A stretch of 64,000 nt of DNA from a virus. Its lineage: Duplodnaviria > Caudoviricetes. The stretch is taken from positions 1-64,000 of the IMG/VR virus record IMGVR_UViG_3300032007_004013; one strand, given 5' to 3'. The stretch's first letter is position 1. Each line of letters starts with the position of its first letter. This document shows, piece by piece, positions 8,797 through 16,819 of the stretch. The translations under genes and the position numbers were made by a program. Under the pieces are notes generated by a model that saw only the letters and a list, made by a program, of their open reading frames with translations, was not told the origin of the DNA and made no database searches.

Positions 8797-9132
8797 TTAC
8801 TCCTCCTCGCCGTTGATTTCAAACGTGGTTGTTACGGCTTCGTTTTCGAGCATATACATCACATTCGTGATGGTCTGTTCCATGCTGTGCTTGCAGATAT
8901 CCTCGGCGATAAAGTAGATGTTTTCTACGTTCGGGTAGAGCCTTCTAACCAAACTGAGCATGTGCTCGTATTCATCGTTGTCTCCGCATATGTAGAGGTT
9001 GTTCTTTATGCACATATCTCTGACTGAACTGATGCTCCAAAATCTGTTGACTGTTACCTCTGTTGAGTCGTTTATCTTGATCTTTCTGTTTGTCATTTTT
9101 GCTTCCTCCTTTGTAACTGAACGGTAAGTCAA
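8797..9132 (-). CDS. hypothetical protein
   Basis: ORF in array; likely start MTNRK at 9096 after GGAGG. Confidence 0.65.
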   Translation of the reverse strand: MTYRSVTKEEAKMTNRKIKINDSTEVTVNRFWSISSVRDMCIKNNLYICGDNDEYEHMLSLVRRLYPNVENIYFIAEDICKHSMEQTITNVMYMLENEAVTTTFEINGEEE

Positions 9133-9134
9133 GC

Positions 9135-9353
9135 TTATGCTTCAACTATTTTCTTTACTGTGATGGTTCTTTCTGTTCCGCCGAAGTAAACGATGCACTC
9201 GTCGTCGCCATATTCATCGTAAACAACAGCATATTCATTGTTGAGTTCCTCGACTTCAAGCTCGCGTTCTTCACACTCAAACTTGAAATCTTCAAGGCTG
9301 CTGAACCAGCCATTCTGTTCGATAATCTCCATTAAGATTGCGTAAACTTTCAT
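9135..9353 (-). CDS. hypothetical acidic protein
   Basis: 72 aa; first gene after promoter cassette copy B. Confidence 0.7.
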   Translation of the reverse strand: MKVYAILMEIIEQNGWFSSLEDFKFECEERELEVEELNNEYAVVYDEYGDDECIVYFGGTERTITVKKIVEA

Positions 9354-9429
9354 TTTCGTTTCCTCCTTGAAATCTGTGTTACTGATGTGTTTGTTTATTA
9401 TGGTTATATCTTACCACATAGTAACTTCT
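9348..9429. repeat. Direct repeat of promoter/5'UTR/RBS/start cassette (copy B)
   Basis: 81/82 identical to 3786..3867. Confidence 0.92.
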
Positions 9430-9437
9430 TGCGTCAA
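9408..9437 (-). promoter_or_regulatory. sigma70-type early promoter
   Basis: TTGACG-N18-TAAGAT with TGTGG. Confidence 0.8.
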
Positions 9438-9500
9438 GTGTTTTTTGAAAATTTCCAGAAATATTTTTCAACTGTTTTCGTATGTGTTAATGACGCAGAC

Positions 9501-9530
9501 AAAAAAATGAGCGAAGCTTGCGCTTCGCTC
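9501..9530 (-). terminator. Rho-independent terminator
   Basis: 9-bp stem GAGCGAAGC/GCTTCGCTC, GCAA loop, followed by a T-run on the minus strand, right after the HTH gene stop. Confidence 0.85.
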
Positions 9531-9533
9531 TGA

Positions 9534-9986
9534 TTACTGCTGTGTATATTCAGGAAACAACTTCTTAACGTCATCTTTGTCGATCGGCGAGATGGAACTT
9601 ATGCCACCATCCCAATTAACGTAATGAGCAACAAAGTACCTTCCTTCATCATCTCTGTACACTTCATCGAACGATGGCTTTTCTGCGTCGGTGTGGCAGA
9701 TAGCATCGGCTTTATACGTGTCATACTTAATGCCGTTCACCATCATTTTCAGCCGTGGTCCGATTCCTGTCTTTCTCAGCTTGATTTCTTCCTGCGTGTC
9801 TTTGCTTACGATTTGCATTTCGTAGCCGAGTATATCGAGTATCTTCATAAACTCGTCAGCAGACAACGAATTGCGACGAAACTTGTTACACAATCCCGCT
9901 TCTGTCCAGCCCATAGCTTGTGCGACAGTCTTCTGAAGCATATCGCTTCTCTCGATCAGTTTCTTGCATTGTTCTGAAGCAGTCAC
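9534..9986 (-). CDS. XRE/Cro-like HTH transcriptional regulator with C-terminal extension
   Basis: LQKTVAQAMGWTEAGLCNKFRRNSLSADEFMKILDILGY helix-turn-helix pattern; GTG start at 9986 after GGAGG. Confidence 0.7.
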   Translation of the reverse strand: MTASEQCKKLIERSDMLQKTVAQAMGWTEAGLCNKFRRNSLSADEFMKILDILGYEMQIVSKDTQEEIKLRKTGIGPRLKMMVNGIKYDTYKADAICHTDAEKPSFDEVYRDDEGRYFVAHYVNWDGGISSISPIDKDDVKKLFPEYTQQ

Positions 9987-10016
9987 GTCACCACCTCCTG
10001 TTAATACTTCAACAAA

Positions 10017-10045
10017 AGTATAACACGAGCGTGAACTGTTGTCAA
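10017..10045 (-). promoter_or_regulatory. sigma70 promoter of the HTH gene
   Basis: TTGACA-N17-TATACT with extended TG. Confidence 0.8.
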
Positions 10046-10063
10046 TATTTTCAGGACTTAACA

Positions 10064-10429
10064 TTACGGTTTATGACCTCCCTTCTGCTTTTTCTTTTCA
10101 AGCTCAGATTCAGAGTACGGCTGGCCTTTTACTGTGTAGTCTCTTTCAAATGGGATATCGAGGTAGTCAACAACAAGCTTGTCTACATGCTCCCAGAACA
10201 CTTCGTCATTATGCGAATTTTCGAGCATTTCGGTCATCACTCTGACTACCTTTGCTATTCTTTTTTTGCCGAAGCCAAACTCTTCGTAGAGCGCGCAAGC
10301 CATTACTTTGAAGATGCGCCTTGTGACGTTCTTTCGCTCCTCGTTTGCAACTTTTGCGTATTCCATTTGTAACTTCTTGTGGGCTGCGTCCATTTGCTTT
10401 TTGCTGAATACAGGAAGCATAGCTTTCAT
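10064..10429 (-). CDS. hypothetical protein
   Basis: 121 aa; ALYEEFGFGKKRI motif common in phage hypotheticals. Confidence 0.7.
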   Translation of the reverse strand: MKAMLPVFSKKQMDAAHKKLQMEYAKVANEERKNVTRRIFKVMACALYEEFGFGKKRIAKVVRVMTEMLENSHNDEVFWEHVDKLVVDYLDIPFERDYTVKGQPYSESELEKKKQKGGHKP

Positions 10430-10441
10430 GGTAATACCTCC

Positions 10442-10855
10442 TTATACATCATCTGCTTTGCGGTGGTTAGCGTCGTATGCGTTGAAGCCATTCGGGTAGC
10501 GCTTCAGGTGTTTGTCAATGTTCATCTGCATGATTTCATCGAGATCGTAGCCGAAGCTGTGGCACATACACGCTACATACCACATGATATCGCCGATCTC
10601 TTTCTTCAGATGTGTTTCGTCAAGCTTGCTTTCGTGGAAAATCCACTTCTTAACCATATCGACCGTTTCTCCGACTTCTCCGGATAAACCGAGGCAAGCG
10701 TTAAGGATTCCGCCGAGATCTTTGATCGCCTTTTTATCCCAACCGGGAATATCGGGATTGAAACCGTGGTATGACATGAGTTTGTCAGCAAGCCTCTCTG
10801 CGCTTTTTCCGTCGTTTGTCCTCATAGCGAGCTTTGTATATTCTTTTCCTGTCAT
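10442..10855 (-). CDS. MazG-like NTP pyrophosphohydrolase
   Basis: LGLSGEVGETVDMVKK...EIGDIMWY...NIDK...RYPNGF (ExxE..ExxD all-alpha NTP-PPase motif). Confidence 0.88.
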   Translation of the reverse strand: MTGKEYTKLAMRTNDGKSAERLADKLMSYHGFNPDIPGWDKKAIKDLGGILNACLGLSGEVGETVDMVKKWIFHESKLDETHLKKEIGDIMWYVACMCHSFGYDLDEIMQMNIDKHLKRYPNGFNAYDANHRKADDV

Positions 10856-10902
10856 TTCTTTTTCTCCTTTTTACTCTGCTTAGTTTGTGTGAACGGCTTA
10901 AC

Positions 10903-11181
10903 TCAGTTGAGATAGCCGCCGAACTGTCTGAACTCAGTGATCGCTTCCTCTGTGCCAACAACAGCCTTATTGATTTTGTCTGCTCTTTCGCGCATTTCCC
11001 ATTTGAAAGCGCCTACGCAGCAGCGGAGGAACTTCTTAACCTTGTCACGCTTTCTCGGCGCGATCTGTCCTCTGTGGAACATGCCGTTGGCGATAACCCA
11101 CATATCCATATCGCCGTTTCCGTACATCTTGATGAATCCGTTTTTGCGGATGATTCTGATTTCCTGATTCTTGCTTTTCAT
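10903..11181 (-). CDS. hypothetical protein
   Basis: 92-aa ORF with GGAGG RBS. Confidence 0.6.
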   Translation of the reverse strand: MKSKNQEIRIIRKNGFIKMYGNGDMDMWVIANGMFHRGQIAPRKRDKVKKFLRCCVGAFKWEMRERADKINKAVVGTEEAITEFRQFGGYLN

Positions 11182-11182
11182 T

Positions 11183-11482
11183 TCATTTTACCTCCATGTA
11201 TTGTTTTCTTGCTATGTCGCATAAATCTCTTAACTCACAAAAAATGCAAATCGAACCTTTCGTGAGAATTAAACACCTGTTGCAAAGCGGCTTGATGGAA
11301 TCCAGCGCATCCATAGCCATACGCGTAGCGGTGGCAAGCTTTTCATCACCTTGAAACTTATCTGCATATTCTGCGTTGGCGAGCTGTTCAACAGCTTCTT
11401 TTGTTGTCATCTTAATAGCGTATCTTTGCGGTTTATGATGTCTGTATTTATTCTGATTCAATTTACCATTCCCTTTCTGCAA
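11183..11482 (-). CDS. hypothetical protein
   Basis: ORF with C-terminal CxxC pairs; likely start MTTKEA. Confidence 0.6.
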   Translation of the reverse strand: MQKGNGKLNQNKYRHHKPQRYAIKMTTKEAVEQLANAEYADKFQGDEKLATATRMAMDALDSIKPLCNRCLILTKGSICIFCELRDLCDIARKQYMEVK

Positions 11483-11846
11483 GCAATGCTATGATGTATG
11501 CCATTTCAGCAGCGTGTTCCCAATCACCGCTTTCGCAATCCATTTCCCAAGCTGCATACACCCCATCAGAGAAATTGTTCTCCTTAGAATAATCGCTTGT
11601 ATAGATGCACATATACTCATGTGCTGTGCTTTCAAATTCAATAGGGCAACACGCACACTCCGAATGATCTCCCGGAAAGTCCATCGAGAATTGGCAGCAA
11701 AAGCAATCGTTCAGTATGTCAAATGACTGCCTTCCGCAGCTTATTTGGTACTCTGCTTTGCTAACGCACCTTTTCTGCTTTTGAGTTTCTTCTGCTATCC
11801 ATTTCCACATTTTTCTGTGGTTTTCGATAGCTTCTTGTTTTGTCAT
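11463..11846 (-). CDS. Cys-rich phage hypothetical protein
   Basis: EAIENHRKMWKWIA...CFCC...CACCPI pattern. Confidence 0.7.
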   Translation of the reverse strand: MTKQEAIENHRKMWKWIAEETQKQKRCVSKAEYQISCGRQSFDILNDCFCCQFSMDFPGDHSECACCPIEFESTAHEYMCIYTSDYSKENNFSDGVYAAWEMDCESGDWEHAAEMAYIIALLAEREW

Positions 11847-11954
11847 AAATGTCTCCTTTTACTCACAAGAGCCGCCGCACTCGGCTCAATGCAAGTCATA
11901 TATTAAATTTTCAAGAAGGAATATATAAAGGTGTGCGGTCCCTTTATATCGCTG

Positions 11955-12437
11955 TTAGCGAGCCGTTACATGCTCAAGAAGCGAATTGTAGAGCATTTTG
12001 TATGTTTCAAGTGCGCTTTCAAGCTGTGTGATTTTATGATTCGCCTCGCCGAGTTCTTTGTCTCGCTCTGCAAATACATCGTTCTCGATTGCCATAGACA
12101 GCGTATTCAGTTGCAGGCTTTCCGTGATCGCTATATCAATCATCGACAACTCTTGTGACGAGCAAACGCCAAACAGATCTCCGATTCTATCTACAGAAAC
12201 GGTAGTTACCTGTTCGCAGAGAGCAGTCGATACTTTTCCTGTTGTGCGGATGACAACGTGCGTAGGCATATCGCGCTTAGGCTGAGTAGTCAGATAGACA
12301 ACCTCTACCGTTGATGATGTTCTGTTGAGCACGTCGTTTGAAACAATAACCGCCGGGCGACCTGCTTCCTGCTCGCTTCCGGTGAATCCGTAGCCGCCTT
12401 TGGCGATATAGTAGATTTCTCCTCTTTTTACATCCAA
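11955..12437 (-). CDS. PemK/MazF-like endoribonuclease with C-terminal coiled coil
   Basis: RGEIYY...GSEQ..GRPAVIVSND..N...V.V..LTT...EQVTTVS..RI; catalytic Arg and Thr positions retained. Confidence 0.88.
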   Translation of the reverse strand: MDVKRGEIYYIAKGGYGFTGSEQEAGRPAVIVSNDVLNRTSSTVEVVYLTTQPKRDMPTHVVIRTTGKVSTALCEQVTTVSVDRIGDLFGVCSSQELSMIDIAITESLQLNTLSMAIENDVFAERDKELGEANHKITQLESALETYKMLYNSLLEHVTAR

Positions 12438-12449
12438 GATTCTTACCTC

Positions 12450-12965
12450 CTAAAATACTTTTATCTTTCTTACTACAATTTCGTAGTGATATTCCCAATT
12501 GTCTTGATGTCCGATGAACACTATAATGCTTGTTCTTCCGAACTCTTCGATTTCGCCAGAGAACCGGTTTCTCACCATGTCTTGCCTGCTTTTATAAAAA
12601 CGGTAATCTTCGTTTTCTTCATCCAGAACAGAGGTTTGTTCCTCGTCTGCTGTTTTGATTCTTTCGATAAACCAACCGAGCGCTTCGTCAACAGTCTTCT
12701 TTATTTCCAAATCGCTTACAGCTCCTGCTTCTGTTCCGCAGCCGTTGTAGTTTTCTTCACAGCAAAGATACAAATAACCGCCGTTAGCTTTGATGCTGAG
12801 GAACTCTCTAAGGCTCGAAAAATCCATCTGGAAATGTTCAAGAACGGATTCCGTGATGATTTCATCATCCTTCTTCAAGATCTGCTGTGTTACTCCGGAT
12901 AGGATATCGTCTTCCCACGTGTAATCAACCTTCGATTCGAGGTTGTAGCCGATATTGTCACTCAT
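12450..12965 (-). CDS. hypothetical acidic protein
   Basis: 171-aa ORF, overlaps upstream gene by 4 nt. Confidence 0.7.
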   Translation of the reverse strand: MSDNIGYNLESKVDYTWEDDILSGVTQQILKKDDEIITESVLEHFQMDFSSLREFLSIKANGGYLYLCCEENYNGCGTEAGAVSDLEIKKTVDEALGWFIERIKTADEEQTSVLDEENEDYRFYKSRQDMVRNRFSGEIEEFGRTSIIVFIGHQDNWEYHYEIVVRKIKVF

Positions 12966-13372
12966 TCTTGCTCCTCCTCTGTGATGAGATGCTTTCGTTT
13001 CGCCGTCTCGTAGATTGCATACGTTTCGTCGAAACAGTAGTTATCAAGGAAATTCTGCAAATCTACACCTTTTTGTTCATTGAGATAATCAATCTCTTCA
13101 AGCGTTGCAAGCAGCCAATCTATTGGAACAACGAACCGTTTGCAGTGGTATTCATCGTCATCTGGAAATGTGCAAAGATCAATGTACCCTCCTGCCAGCC
13201 AGCGAATGCAGTCTTCGCAAGTGTCAAAACCTTCTGTCCAAGCGTCTCCGCTTTTGTTGTCGATTCCAACATATTGTCCATTCTCTATCGTGTAGAACAA
13301 TCCAATCGGCTTTCTCGTTCTCACTATTTCAAGCGCTTCTTTTGCTGTAACGGATTTCACTTCGCATTTCAT
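12962..13372 (-). CDS. hypothetical protein
   Basis: 136-aa ORF; GIDN..GDAWTE.F motif. Confidence 0.7.
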   Translation of the reverse strand: MKCEVKSVTAKEALEIVRTRKPIGLFYTIENGQYVGIDNKSGDAWTEGFDTCEDCIRWLAGGYIDLCTFPDDDEYHCKRFVVPIDWLLATLEEIDYLNEQKGVDLQNFLDNYCFDETYAIYETAKRKHLITEEEQE

Positions 13373-13782
13373 CCGTAAACCACCTCGCCGAAGATCGCAA
13401 ACTGAACGATCACGTCTGCTGCAATAGCATCAATCTGTCCAGCGTCGATCGCGCCGTTTGCAATCCAATCTTCTCCGTAGCCATCTTCGAGAGCAAGAGC
13501 CACGCCTTTGATGAAGCCGTCAAGCGTGAGGATATAGCTTTCTCCTTCTTCAAAATCATGGATTCTGAGGCTTCCTCCTCTTGAAATCTGCTCGTGAGCA
13601 TATTCGCCGTAATACTCGTTCTCTACGACATCTACTTTGTTGCACCAATACGTGATGCCGCCTTCAAGCGCCGAACACATAATATCGTCGATGTCTGTTT
13701 TGCTCAACAAGGCAGTTTCTGTCTTTTCTACTCTGTAATCTCCTGATAACAATTTCGTTATCTTAACATCAATGTGCGCCAT
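13369..13782 (-). CDS. conserved hypothetical protein
   Basis: ALEGGI.YW...ID...AD.IVQFAIFGEVVYG pattern; AGGAG RBS. Confidence 0.75.
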   Translation of the reverse strand: MAHIDVKITKLLSGDYRVEKTETALLSKTDIDDIMCSALEGGITYWCNKVDVVENEYYGEYAHEQISRGGSLRIHDFEEGESYILTLDGFIKGVALALEDGYGEDWIANGAIDAGQIDAIAADVIVQFAIFGEVVYG

Positions 13783-13806
13783 AATTATTCTCCTTTATGT
13801 ATTCCT

Positions 13807-13829
13807 TCCGCCTGCACACGGCAGGCGGA
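13807..13829 (-). promoter_or_regulatory. DGR target-recognition hairpin downstream of VR2
   Basis: Perfect 9-bp stem TCCGCCTGC/GCAGGCGGA, loop CGTGT on the coding strand, 28 nt 3' of the TR-homologous end. Confidence 0.8.
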
Positions 13830-13843
13830 TAACAGATCATAGA

Positions 13844-14554
13844 TTAAGCAAACAAGAAGCCGAACGACACGCCAATCGAGTTGCTCGCGAAGTTGTTGTA
13901 CTCGCTGCCGTTGTTGTAGACAAGCGCAAAGTTAGTGGTGTTGGACGACCACGGGGAGCGCAGGGAATACCACGCTGTTTCTCCGTCGATTTGCTTCACT
14001 CTGCTTTTCTCGTCGTTGAACAGATCAAAGTGAACATCTCCGACATCAACCGAATTGTTGCCGCCGAATACTTCCGTTCTCGAAAGCAGCCAGATATCGT
14101 CTTCAGATCTCAGCTCTTCGCCGCGATGGTTCTGCACGATAATCCTTGTTCTGATATGCTCCTTGAGGTCGTCGGGGAGGAGGGGATAAATCTTATCTTT
14201 CAGGTAAGTTCTCATATCGCTGTCGCGCCAGCCGCCTTTGTTTGTGCATTCCTCGTTCATAACGTGTCTGTCAGGAAGACAATCCTTCAAGACGAGCACC
14301 GCTTCGTTTTCTCCGTAAGGGTTGATGTGTGCGACAACAAAAGTAACTTTCGTGCCGTCCTTGAGAGCGCACGAGATTTCATCACCGACAAGGATTTCTC
14401 CAGAACATGATTTGATTTCTTCTGCGATCTCTACCCACGTCGAAAAGCTCTCGACTTTCTGCGTGAGTGTTACTGTATCAGGTTTCTTCTTCACCTCCTC
14501 AATAGTCACCTTCATGTTTTTGCCGCAGTCAGGGCATTTGATAATCATTTCCAT
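13844..14554 (-). CDS. Second (remote) DGR target: CxxC zinc ribbon plus DUF6273/C-type-lectin-like domain
   Basis: GGW..S.MR..L...LRSP...GVSFGF pattern, paralogous to the C-terminal domain of 26112..32777; 3' end matches TR. Confidence 0.9.
   Translation of the reverse strand: MEMIIKCPDCGKNMKVTIEEVKKKPDTVTLTQKVESFSTWVEIAEEIKSCSGEILVGDEISCALKDGTKVTFVVAHINPYGENEAVLVLKDCLPDRHVMNEECTNKGGWRDSDMRTYLKDKIYPLLPDDLKEHIRTRIIVQNHRGEELRSEDDIWLLSRTEVFGGNNSVDVGDVHFDLFNDEKSRVKQIDGETAWYSLRSPWSSNTTNFALVYNNGSEYNNFASNSIGVSFGFLFA
13858..13963 (-). repeat. DGR variable repeat VR2
   Basis: 106-bp match to TR 25442..25547 with 8 mismatches, all at TR adenines. Confidence 0.95.
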
Positions 14555-14558
14555 TGTG

Positions 14559-15074
14559 TTAAGCTCCTTTCTTTAATACGCCGTGTGTCCACGCGCCGTT
14601 GTATGTTCCTACCTCTCCGTGCATATCAAGCAGAATATCTCGGATAGCGTCGAGGTATCTACGGTAATGTCCAATCTGAAGACCGACAAGTTCATTGCCA
14701 CCCCATTTGTCTTCCTTCTGAATCAACTCGATTGCCAAGCTCCACTCATTGTCTTCGCAGACGATGTAAAACAAGCTGTTTTCGAGGAGCGCTCTTCTAT
14801 CGCGCGAAATCCATTTGTTCACGCGCTCAAGGCTTTTGAATCTTTCGAGCATCTTTTCTGTGAATTCATACTCGAAATCGTGCCGCCGGAAGTAGCTTTC
14901 GCATTCATCCCATTCGCACATGTCGAAGTCGAAACCGTCGTCTCTCGGAGTAATGAACATGTCTTCGGGTTCGTCGCTTTCGCAATCTTTTCTTTTATAC
15001 ACGTCCAAGAAGTCGTTATCAACGTAATACAATCCTTCGGCTTCATTGAATGTGCAGCAGTTTCCTCTACCCAT
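14559..15074 (-). CDS. hypothetical protein
   Basis: 171-aa ORF; MGRGN start, abuts neighbours. Confidence 0.75.
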   Translation of the reverse strand: MGRGNCCTFNEAEGLYYVDNDFLDVYKRKDCESDEPEDMFITPRDDGFDFDMCEWDECESYFRRHDFEYEFTEKMLERFKSLERVNKWISRDRRALLENSLFYIVCEDNEWSLAIELIQKEDKWGGNELVGLQIGHYRRYLDAIRDILLDMHGEVGTYNGAWTHGVLKKGA

Positions 15075-15247
15075 TACTTAACCTCCTCTACTTTGAATTC
15101 TGCTCCTGCGAAGTGGTCTGCGTCGAGAATATACTCTCCTGAATACCAAGCATCTTCTACCGCTTGTTTAGCTTCACAGGCGCTTTCTGATTCAACCGTT
15201 ACGGTCATTTCAAGCCTTTCGATTATTTTGACTTGATATTCTTTCAT
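15074..15247 (-). CDS. DpnD/PcfM-like small protein (57 aa, not in ORF track)
   Basis: Read manually: MKEYQVKIIERLEMTVTVESESACEAKQAVEDAWYSGEYILDADHFAGAEF; matches the family pattern from memory; GGAGG RBS. Confidence 0.65.
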   Translation of the reverse strand: MKEYQVKIIERLEMTVTVESESACEAKQAVEDAWYSGEYILDADHFAGAEFKVEEVK

Positions 15248-15256
15248 TTTGACCTC

Positions 15257-15595
15257 CTAATATCTTACAAGGAACATACCGTTGTGTTCTGCTTCGATGT
15301 AGCTTATTCCGTAGATCTCGCAGCTGCAATCGCCGCACCCGTTTTCGTCATAGAACGCTTTAATTTCATCGTAGTGTTCTTCGCCATCGCGGATAACATC
15401 GCACCAATTAACATAATCGTTGTCAGCTATTGCCATGACGTTGAACTCTGAGCCTTCAAAGCATCCTCCGTAAACGTAGTTCTCATACATCTTTTCGTAG
15501 AGAGCGATCACATCTTCGTCGTTTGTCCATACTGCGATTCTATTGACAAGAGAATCTATCATTTCTTCTGCATCGATTTCAACAGATACCATCAT
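15257..15595 (-). CDS. hypothetical acidic protein
   Basis: 112-aa ORF with GGAGG RBS. Confidence 0.7.
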   Translation of the reverse strand: MMVSVEIDAEEMIDSLVNRIAVWTNDEDVIALYEKMYENYVYGGCFEGSEFNVMAIADNDYVNWCDVIRDGEEHYDEIKAFYDENGCGDCSCEIYGISYIEAEHNGMFLVRY

Positions 15596-15601
15596 AAAAT
15601 A

Positions 15602-15916
15602 TCACCTCCTGTGAAGAGCATAGATCACTTCGTTCCTTACTGCATTTGTCCTTTTGTAGAACTCTTCATCATCGAGAGCAAGCATATAAAATCTTACTTC
15701 CGTAAGGACTGATCTTTTGTTACCGTCTTCGTCTGTCCGATCGGAATAAACTTTCGCTCCGTAGATAACGTGTTCTGCTCCTGTTTCTTCCAGAGCCTGC
15801 TTTGCTTGCTTCTCGAATCGTTGAAGCTGACCTTCTACCTCAGACTTTAGGATGTAGCCGCTTGCAAATGCTCCGATTTCGTTCCATTGTGTCCATCTTA
15901 CAAACGCGTCAGCCAT
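15602..15916 (-). CDS. hypothetical protein
   Basis: 104-aa ORF with AGGAG RBS. Confidence 0.7.
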   Translation of the reverse strand: MADAFVRWTQWNEIGAFASGYILKSEVEGQLQRFEKQAKQALEETGAEHVIYGAKVYSDRTDEDGNKRSVLTEVRFYMLALDDEEFYKRTNAVRNEVIYALHRR

Positions 15917-15927
15917 TTTATCACTCC

Positions 15928-16254
15928 TTAAATCTGGTATTCGTGCTTGATAAATCTCAGTTCGTAGTGAGATATTTCTTCATCTGTAAGCCTATGGTTG
16001 TAAACAATGATGTCGTAGAACTCTCCCGTTTCGTCATCAAGACGTTCGATCAATCCTCCTTTCGGTTGGCATCCGATGGAGAAACCTCTTTCTGACATTC
16101 CGTACCAAAATCGGATAAGAGCGTACTGCTCTTCAAACCTCAACAGGTTCGTGGGGTCATCTCCGTCGTATTTATCTCGCCATTGCTTTTTGGCTGCCGC
16201 TTCAGTAAGCAGTTCTTGCGTATCTCTATTGAGGTACTCTCTTTCATAACTCAT
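15928..16254 (-). CDS. DarA C-terminal-like domain protein
   Basis: YGMSERGFSIGCQPKGG...YDIIVY...LTDEEI..YEL resembles the defence-against-restriction A C-terminal (DarA_C) consensus. Confidence 0.6.
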   Translation of the reverse strand: MSYEREYLNRDTQELLTEAAAKKQWRDKYDGDDPTNLLRFEEQYALIRFWYGMSERGFSIGCQPKGGLIERLDDETGEFYDIIVYNHRLTDEEISHYELRFIKHEYQI

Positions 16255-16775
16255 TTTTCAACCTCCTGCATTTCTATGAGAGCTTCCATGATGTCCTGCA
16301 TTTTCATCTCTCGCCTGATGGCAAGCTTGCGAGCTTTAACAGCTTCTCTGAACTCAAGGGTATCAGGTGTTTCAGCCAAATCGAGGATCTTGTTCGCTTC
16401 TGCTGTTTGCTGTGAAGCAGCTTTCTTATTCTCATTGAGAACGAGGACCTTCAGATGCTCGATATACTCATGGCTGAGAACTTTTCCTCTAACCAAAGCA
16501 ACCTCTTTCATTGCATCATCGAGCTTTGCAGTGAGGTCGTCTACACTTTCCATGAGCGACTTTACTCGTTCTGCCATCTTTTCGTTCGCTTTTCTCGCAG
16601 ACTCAAGATCGGACTTGAATGAACAGCCGAAATCGTTGTTGATGTTATCCTCTGCTCTCTCAAAGCAGCCTTCAAATGCCATCCCGATGTAGCTTCCTTC
16701 TCCGAGATCATCTACGATCTTCTTGATCTTTTCGAGAGCTTTTCGCTCCTGTTCTTTTGTTGCAATCATTAACAA
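16251..16775 (-). CDS. hypothetical coiled-coil protein
   Basis: 174 aa; ATKEQERKALEKIKKIV..LGE.SY N-terminus. Confidence 0.75.
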   Translation of the reverse strand: MLMIATKEQERKALEKIKKIVDDLGEGSYIGMAFEGCFERAEDNINNDFGCSFKSDLESARKANEKMAERVKSLMESVDDLTAKLDDAMKEVALVRGKVLSHEYIEHLKVLVLNENKKAASQQTAEANKILDLAETPDTLEFREAVKARKLAIRREMKMQDIMEALIEMQEVEK

Positions 16776-16819
16776 TCACTCCTTAAAAGTTACTGAACAG
16801 TAATCGCAAGATAAAAGAT

